The position numbers were made by a program, and so were the translations under genes. The notes under the pieces were generated by a model. The model made no database searches, was not told where the DNA came from, and was given only the letters and a program-made list of their open reading frames with translations. DNA of 64,000 nt from an uncultured Gammaproteobacteria bacterium. GTDB taxonomy: Bacteria > Patescibacteriota > Microgenomatia > JALYQM01. Each line of letters starts with the position of its first letter. The first letter of the stretch is position 1. The DNA is taken from NCBI GenBank assembly GCA_964535655.1, contig CAZHTP010000004.1:139108-203107 (forward strand), given 5' to 3'. Shown piece by piece: positions 59,545 to 64,000 of this stretch.

Positions 59545-60099
59545 TTAAAAAATAAAGTGAAGAAGGTCGTGAAAAGAGGCAGAACTAAAGATATCAAATA
59601 TTTCGGTAAAGTTTACAAGATTTGGAATTAGTAGTGGTTTTGAAATAATATCACTAATTGCGTAACTGCCAGAGACATTCCGGATAAAGAAGAACATCAG
59701 TAGTACGGCATAGAAAAAATACGCTGTGGCAAAATAGAATAGTTTACGTTGTTTCTTTTTATATATCTTTTTATTTAAATAATAGGCCGTTGGAATAGGA
59801 AGTAAGGGGATTGCTGCAAAGAAAAGCATTAGGACTAGAACAATAGGGTTATAGAGTATTGGTATTGATTCAAGTATGCTTACATAGCCGCGTAGTTTAA
59901 AATAAAGATGTGATAGCGCAGAAGTTAATAAGAATGAATATACTGCGATGACAAAAAAATGAGTTAGATATTTTTTATCTGGTCTTTTTTCGTAAAATAA
60001 GTAAGCAGTTACAATGAGCGATTGAGGAATTATATAGAAAAATGGGATTACGATTCCAGCATGATATATCCCTAAAATAATGTAGCCGACAATACGCAT
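59545..60099 (-). CDS. Hypothetical 4-TM membrane protein
   Basis: Highly hydrophobic; starts 1 nt after the stop of the cytochrome b5 module gene, probably co-transcribed. Confidence 0.6.
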   Translation of the reverse strand: MRIVGYIILGIYHAGIVIPFFYIIPQSLIVTAYLFYEKRPDKKYLTHFFVIAVYSFLLTSALSHLYFKLRGYVSILESIPILYNPIVLVLMLFFAAIPLLPIPTAYYLNKKIYKKKQRKLFYFATAYFFYAVLLMFFFIRNVSGSYAISDIISKPLLIPNLVNFTEIFDIFSSASFHDLLHFIF

Positions 60100-60100
60100 A

Positions 60101-61096
60101 TTAGAACCCTGGAACTTGCAGTGTTTTTAATTTATTCATGGCGCTTGATTTAGTGATGTGCACTTTGTCTCCGTGACCGGATACACCCATGGTTTTTGCC
60201 CCTTTGTTGAAAACTTCAGTCATATCTTTACCGCATGCCCATGTCAAATCATCGTCGCCACCTGGATGTTGCTTTACGACTTTAGTTCCAATAGTTACCG
60301 AATAGTAATCGGATAAATTATATAGATGCCATCCGTCGGTTGCATGATGATAAATAGTCCAGCAGTCAGTAGGTGGATGCACATGTTGCTGGGCAATAGC
60401 TACAAGATTAGCAGGGGGTGTGCTTCCACTTGGGCCAGGAGTAGCTGATGTTTTTGGTGTCGTTGTGGGGCTTCCAACAGCTCCAGTGGGAACTAATGCT
60501 ACAACATACATTGAATAGGCAGGATGTTGTGCGTCAGATGCTCCTGATAAGGTAACTGTTCCTGCAGGGACTGTCCTAGTGAAAATGTCGTATAAACCGA
60601 TTAATCCTTGGTCATTTTTTCTCTTCATAAATTGAGTAATTTGAGATAAGTCGTCGTTTGTCTGGCGCGTGTAATTACTGGTTATCCATGTCGGCGCACT
60701 AAATCCGGGAATATGTCGCGGCATAATATATATGTTGGCTGCAGTGTTGAGCGTTATTGACCATGACAATGAAGCACTATCTTTAATATCTGAATTTGAT
60801 GTTTGTACAAAGGCAGCATTATTTACTGCTGTGGACGGTTGAAAAAAGAAAAATCTGGAATCTGTTGAATAGATCTTGGTGTTATCTAAAAGACAACCTT
60901 TTGTAAATGTTAAGCCACTCGGGTTGTTAATAGTGAAAAACGATGAATTGCAGGCAGCTTGGGCCGCTGATTTATCTATTTGATTAAGTGATACATTTTG
61001 ATTACGTACTACGTTGATAGCACTGTAAAATAATAATGTAACCAGTACTGTAACAATTATTATGGCTAAATTCTGTTTTAACAATTTTGTTTGCAT
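60101..61096 (-). CDS. Membrane-anchored protein: shared N-terminal module + P/T linker + cytochrome b5-like heme domain
   Basis: TM; module 60494-60958; H...DCW.I, YNL..Y, HPGG, CGKD.T.F, later His. Confidence 0.8.
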   Translation of the reverse strand: MQTKLLKQNLAIIIVTVLVTLLFYSAINVVRNQNVSLNQIDKSAAQAACNSSFFTINNPSGLTFTKGCLLDNTKIYSTDSRFFFFQPSTAVNNAAFVQTSNSDIKDSASLSWSITLNTAANIYIMPRHIPGFSAPTWITSNYTRQTNDDLSQITQFMKRKNDQGLIGLYDIFTRTVPAGTVTLSGASDAQHPAYSMYVVALVPTGAVGSPTTTPKTSATPGPSGSTPPANLVAIAQQHVHPPTDCWTIYHHATDGWHLYNLSDYYSVTIGTKVVKQHPGGDDDLTWACGKDMTEVFNKGAKTMGVSGHGDKVHITKSSAMNKLKTLQVPGF

Positions 61097-61264
61097 ATCT
61101 TATTTACTATACTATTATTAAACTAATTGTATGAAAATTTCAAAGGTTATTACAACTACCTTAGTGGTAATTTTTGCTCTTGTCTTACTTGCACTCACCC
61201 TTGGCATTATTTATTTGGCTGCGAGTCGGTTGTGGCCGCTGTTTCAATAGACTATTATTACTCT

Positions 61265-62554
61265 ATGTATAAAGCATTGGGATATACGATACTTGTATTG
61301 TGTTGTGCAAATACGATTGCCTTTTGGTTATTAGGAAAAGAGGACTTGTCGACTATTATTTCGCAACCATTACTTGCGACCAGCCAGGCACTTTCGCTAC
61401 TGGGTTTAATTTTAACCGCAATTGCGCTATTATTTTCCACTCGTGTAGCAATTCTTGAAGATATCTTTGGTGGACTTGACTCTGATTATTTTTTGCATCA
61501 TATTCTGGGTGGAGTTGCGTTCTTATGTCTTATCAATCATCCACTTTTTCTGGTTGTACACTATCTTCCGTTTTATAAACTGGCACTTTTCTATGTAATT
61601 CCAGGAAGCGATTTTTCGTATAATCTTGGGCTTGCTGCGCTTTACACTATGATATTTTCTTTCGTGTTTATCGGATTTGTAAAAATATCATATAGTGCAT
61701 GGCTGTGGTCGCATCGATTACTCGTTGTGAGTTTTCTGCTTGGCGCGCTCCATACAATGTATGTGACAAGCGATGTCTCACATAATATTTTATTGCGTGT
61801 ATGGACGTATGTTTTTATTGTAATTGGAATGTTAAGCTCGATATATATCCTTTTCCTGTATAAAAAATTTGGTCCACGTTATAAATATATTGTTGAACTT
61901 GTGACACGAACGAGTGATGTTTTTAGTATTTACTTACGGCCTGTTGACCGTGCCATGCAGTTTATACCGGGGCAATTTATTTATGTGCGTTTTGATAACC
62001 AAAAACTTGGTAATGAACTCCATCCTTTTTCGTTCTCATCCGCACCTTGGGAAAACCAGATCCGGGTAAGTGCAAAAATCCTGGGAGATTATACAAAGAA
62101 GTTATCCGAGCTACAGGTTGGGGATACAGCTCATATATTTGGGCCGTATGGCCGGTTTGGTACATCCTTTATGGAAGGTGAACGGGATTTGCTATTTATT
62201 GGCGGAGGTATTGGAATTACGCCTTTTTTGAGTATGCTACGCTTTGAATCTGTATACCCTAAAAATAGAAAAATTTATGTTATTTATTCATATAAAAACC
62301 ATAGCGAGGCAGTTTTTTATGACGAAATTATGACATTGATGTCGTATAATAATACAGTCCAGTTTATTCCATGGGCATCGCACGAACGAGGTAGATTGAC
62401 TGGAGATCAGGTCTGGAAATCTGTAGGAAGCCTTCAAGGATTAACCATTTTGATGTGTGGACCAAGTGGTATGATGATGAATTTGCAAAAGCAATTTATT
62501 CGTAATGGAGTTGATGAGCAGAATATTATTTTTGAAGATTTTAATGTTTTGTAA
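61265..62554 (+). CDS. Ferric-reductase-like transmembrane flavocytochrome (heme TM domain + FAD + NAD(P)H binding)
   Basis: His pairs HH.LG/NHP and SHR/ALH; HPFSFSS; GPYG; FIGGGIGITPF; CGP; FEDF. Confidence 0.92.
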   Translation: MYKALGYTILVLCCANTIAFWLLGKEDLSTIISQPLLATSQALSLLGLILTAIALLFSTRVAILEDIFGGLDSDYFLHHILGGVAFLCLINHPLFLVVHYLPFYKLALFYVIPGSDFSYNLGLAALYTMIFSFVFIGFVKISYSAWLWSHRLLVVSFLLGALHTMYVTSDVSHNILLRVWTYVFIVIGMLSSIYILFLYKKFGPRYKYIVELVTRTSDVFSIYLRPVDRAMQFIPGQFIYVRFDNQKLGNELHPFSFSSAPWENQIRVSAKILGDYTKKLSELQVGDTAHIFGPYGRFGTSFMEGERDLLFIGGGIGITPFLSMLRFESVYPKNRKIYVIYSYKNHSEAVFYDEIMTLMSYNNTVQFIPWASHERGRLTGDQVWKSVGSLQGLTILMCGPSGMMMNLQKQFIRNGVDEQNIIFEDFNVL

Positions 62555-62556
62555 TT

Positions 62557-63201
62557 ATGAAATCGTACCTTCTTATTCTCATTCGTATTGGAATGATTAA
62601 TTTTTTGTGTATATTGCTTGTGATGGTGTATATATCACGTCGTCCTGTTGTAGCTAATTCGACAAAAAAGCCAATAGTAGCCAATGGTCCTGGTGCGACA
62701 AGAGTTGTTACTTTGCCGGAAACGACCCCATCACCGAGTGCCACTGATGTTCCCTATGTGATTGAAACAGCAACTCCAACTGCATCTCCGTCACCAACAC
62801 CTACTCGGACTCCTGTTCCTACCACTTCTGCTTCGGCAACAGCTCGAGCTTCTTCTACTAGTGCTGCTACCGCATCGCCGACACCTCAACCCACTCAGCA
62901 GCCAACAGCTCAGCCGACGCAAGCACCTACGGCTTCGCCTACTCCACAACCTACCGCTCCTCCTAACCCCTTACTGGTAAAAGTAGCACCGCATAATACG
63001 GAAACTGATTGTTGGATGGTAATTGATTCGCATATTTATAATGTTTCCGACTATATGAAGTTACACCCAGGCGGTAAGGATCCTCTGGTCATTTATTGTG
63101 GTAAAGATGGGACAACTGGTTATCACACTAAAGATAAAAACCCACCTGTTGATCATACTCCCACCTCTAATTCGATGCTTGAATTATTCCTTGTGGAGTG
63201 A
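62557..63201 (+). CDS. Membrane-anchored cytochrome b5-like protein on a long P/T stalk
   Basis: TM; ~90-aa P/T/A/Q linker; HNTETDCWMVI, YNVSDY, HPGG, CGKDGT, DHT. Confidence 0.9.
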   Translation: MKSYLLILIRIGMINFLCILLVMVYISRRPVVANSTKKPIVANGPGATRVVTLPETTPSPSATDVPYVIETATPTASPSPTPTRTPVPTTSASATARASSTSAATASPTPQPTQQPTAQPTQAPTASPTPQPTAPPNPLLVKVAPHNTETDCWMVIDSHIYNVSDYMKLHPGGKDPLVIYCGKDGTTGYHTKDKNPPVDHTPTSNSMLELFLVE

Positions 63202-63981
63202 TGGTTTTCTTTTCTTAACTATTATAAGTAGAGAAATTCCTGCCAGTATAAGTAGTAGCGCTACATATTGCGGGATTCGTAGTAATCCAATTTTACTGTC
63301 TGAATCAGGGTCAAGCTTAACTAATTCAACGATAGATCGTATAATTCCGTAGTTAATTAAATACAAAGAGGAGATTACTCCTGTTTTGGGATGATATTTA
63401 TTGTCTATAAATCTTAATACTATGAAATTAAGTAAAGAGAATAGTGATTCATACAAGAACACCGGATGAAAGGTTGAAAATTGTTTTACTGAATTTAATC
63501 TGTTTTGTGGGTCTATATGTACAGCCCAAGGAAGGGAGGTCGGTTTTCCATATAATTCCTGATTAACATAGTTTCCCCAGCGACCAATTGACTGTCCAAG
63601 GGCAAGTAAGGGAGCCAAAAAATCTGTAATTTGTAGAAAAGGGCGTTTGGATTTTTTACTGAGGTAATAGAGAATTGCGATTCCTCCTAGTATTGCTCCC
63701 AGAATTCCTAACCCGCCATTCCAAACGGCAAAAATTAGTAACGGATTTTTGGCGTAATAACTCCAATTTGTACTAACGTGGTAGAGTCGAGCAAAAACTA
63801 ATGAAAGAGGAATTACGGTAAAAAAATAATTGTCTACTTCATTTGAGGAAATTTTTTTTTCTTTTGCAATTTTTAGTGCAAGGATATACGATGTGGTTAT
63901 CGCGAGCGCAATGATAATTCCATAAAAATGTATCGTGAGCGGTCCAATATGGACCGCATTTAGTGGTGGAGAGGGTATCAT
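63184..63981 (-). CDS. lgt: Prolipoprotein diacylglyceryl transferase
   Basis: HFYG, ARLYHV, WNGGL, GQSIGRWGNYVNQE.YG, HPVFLYES. Confidence 0.96.
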   Translation of the reverse strand: MIPSPPLNAVHIGPLTIHFYGIIIALAITTSYILALKIAKEKKISSNEVDNYFFTVIPLSLVFARLYHVSTNWSYYAKNPLLIFAVWNGGLGILGAILGGIAILYYLSKKSKRPFLQITDFLAPLLALGQSIGRWGNYVNQELYGKPTSLPWAVHIDPQNRLNSVKQFSTFHPVFLYESLFSLLNFIVLRFIDNKYHPKTGVISSLYLINYGIIRSIVELVKLDPDSDSKIGLLRIPQYVALLLILAGISLLIIVKKRKPSLHKE

Positions 63982-64000
63982 TGCTTTAGTTTATCACAGG

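Noticed and set aside
62700-62970. Repetitive DNA resembling a CRISPR or tandem array
   Set aside because: It is the coding sequence of a Pro/Thr linker; no constant repeat-spacer period or cas genes occur in the window.

Overview
64 kb of an AT-rich bacterial chromosome using genetic code 11. The gene content suggests Patescibacteria/CPR, probably Microgenomates-like; this is an inference from the fermentative ldh/tpiA/pfkA set, orphan VirD4-like ATPase, PEGA-SH3 lipoprotein, GT-C glycosyltransferases and short holA. The housekeeping backbone includes recA, recX, rny, pcrA/uvrD, trxA, tpiA, holA, ldh, rpsT, murJ, lepA, glmS, pfkA, tatD, hpf, nfo, lgt and five tRNAs. Highlights: (1) three dispersed membrane-anchored proteins share one conserved ~150-aa two-Cys module that I cannot assign to a named family, each joined by a Pro/Thr/Ser linker to a different C-terminal domain (alginate-lyase-like, beta-helix, cytochrome b5); (2) a ferric-reductase-type flavocytochrome is flanked by two stalked cytochrome b5 proteins; (3) a tRNA-Ile with a UAU anticodon; (4) a structured ~200-nt rny leader with an alternative anti-SD pairing; (5) a decaying accessory block containing a DUF2075 helicase, radC and vapC relics and a SpeA-type decarboxylase. 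All family calls come from motif recognition by eye; no database searches were run.
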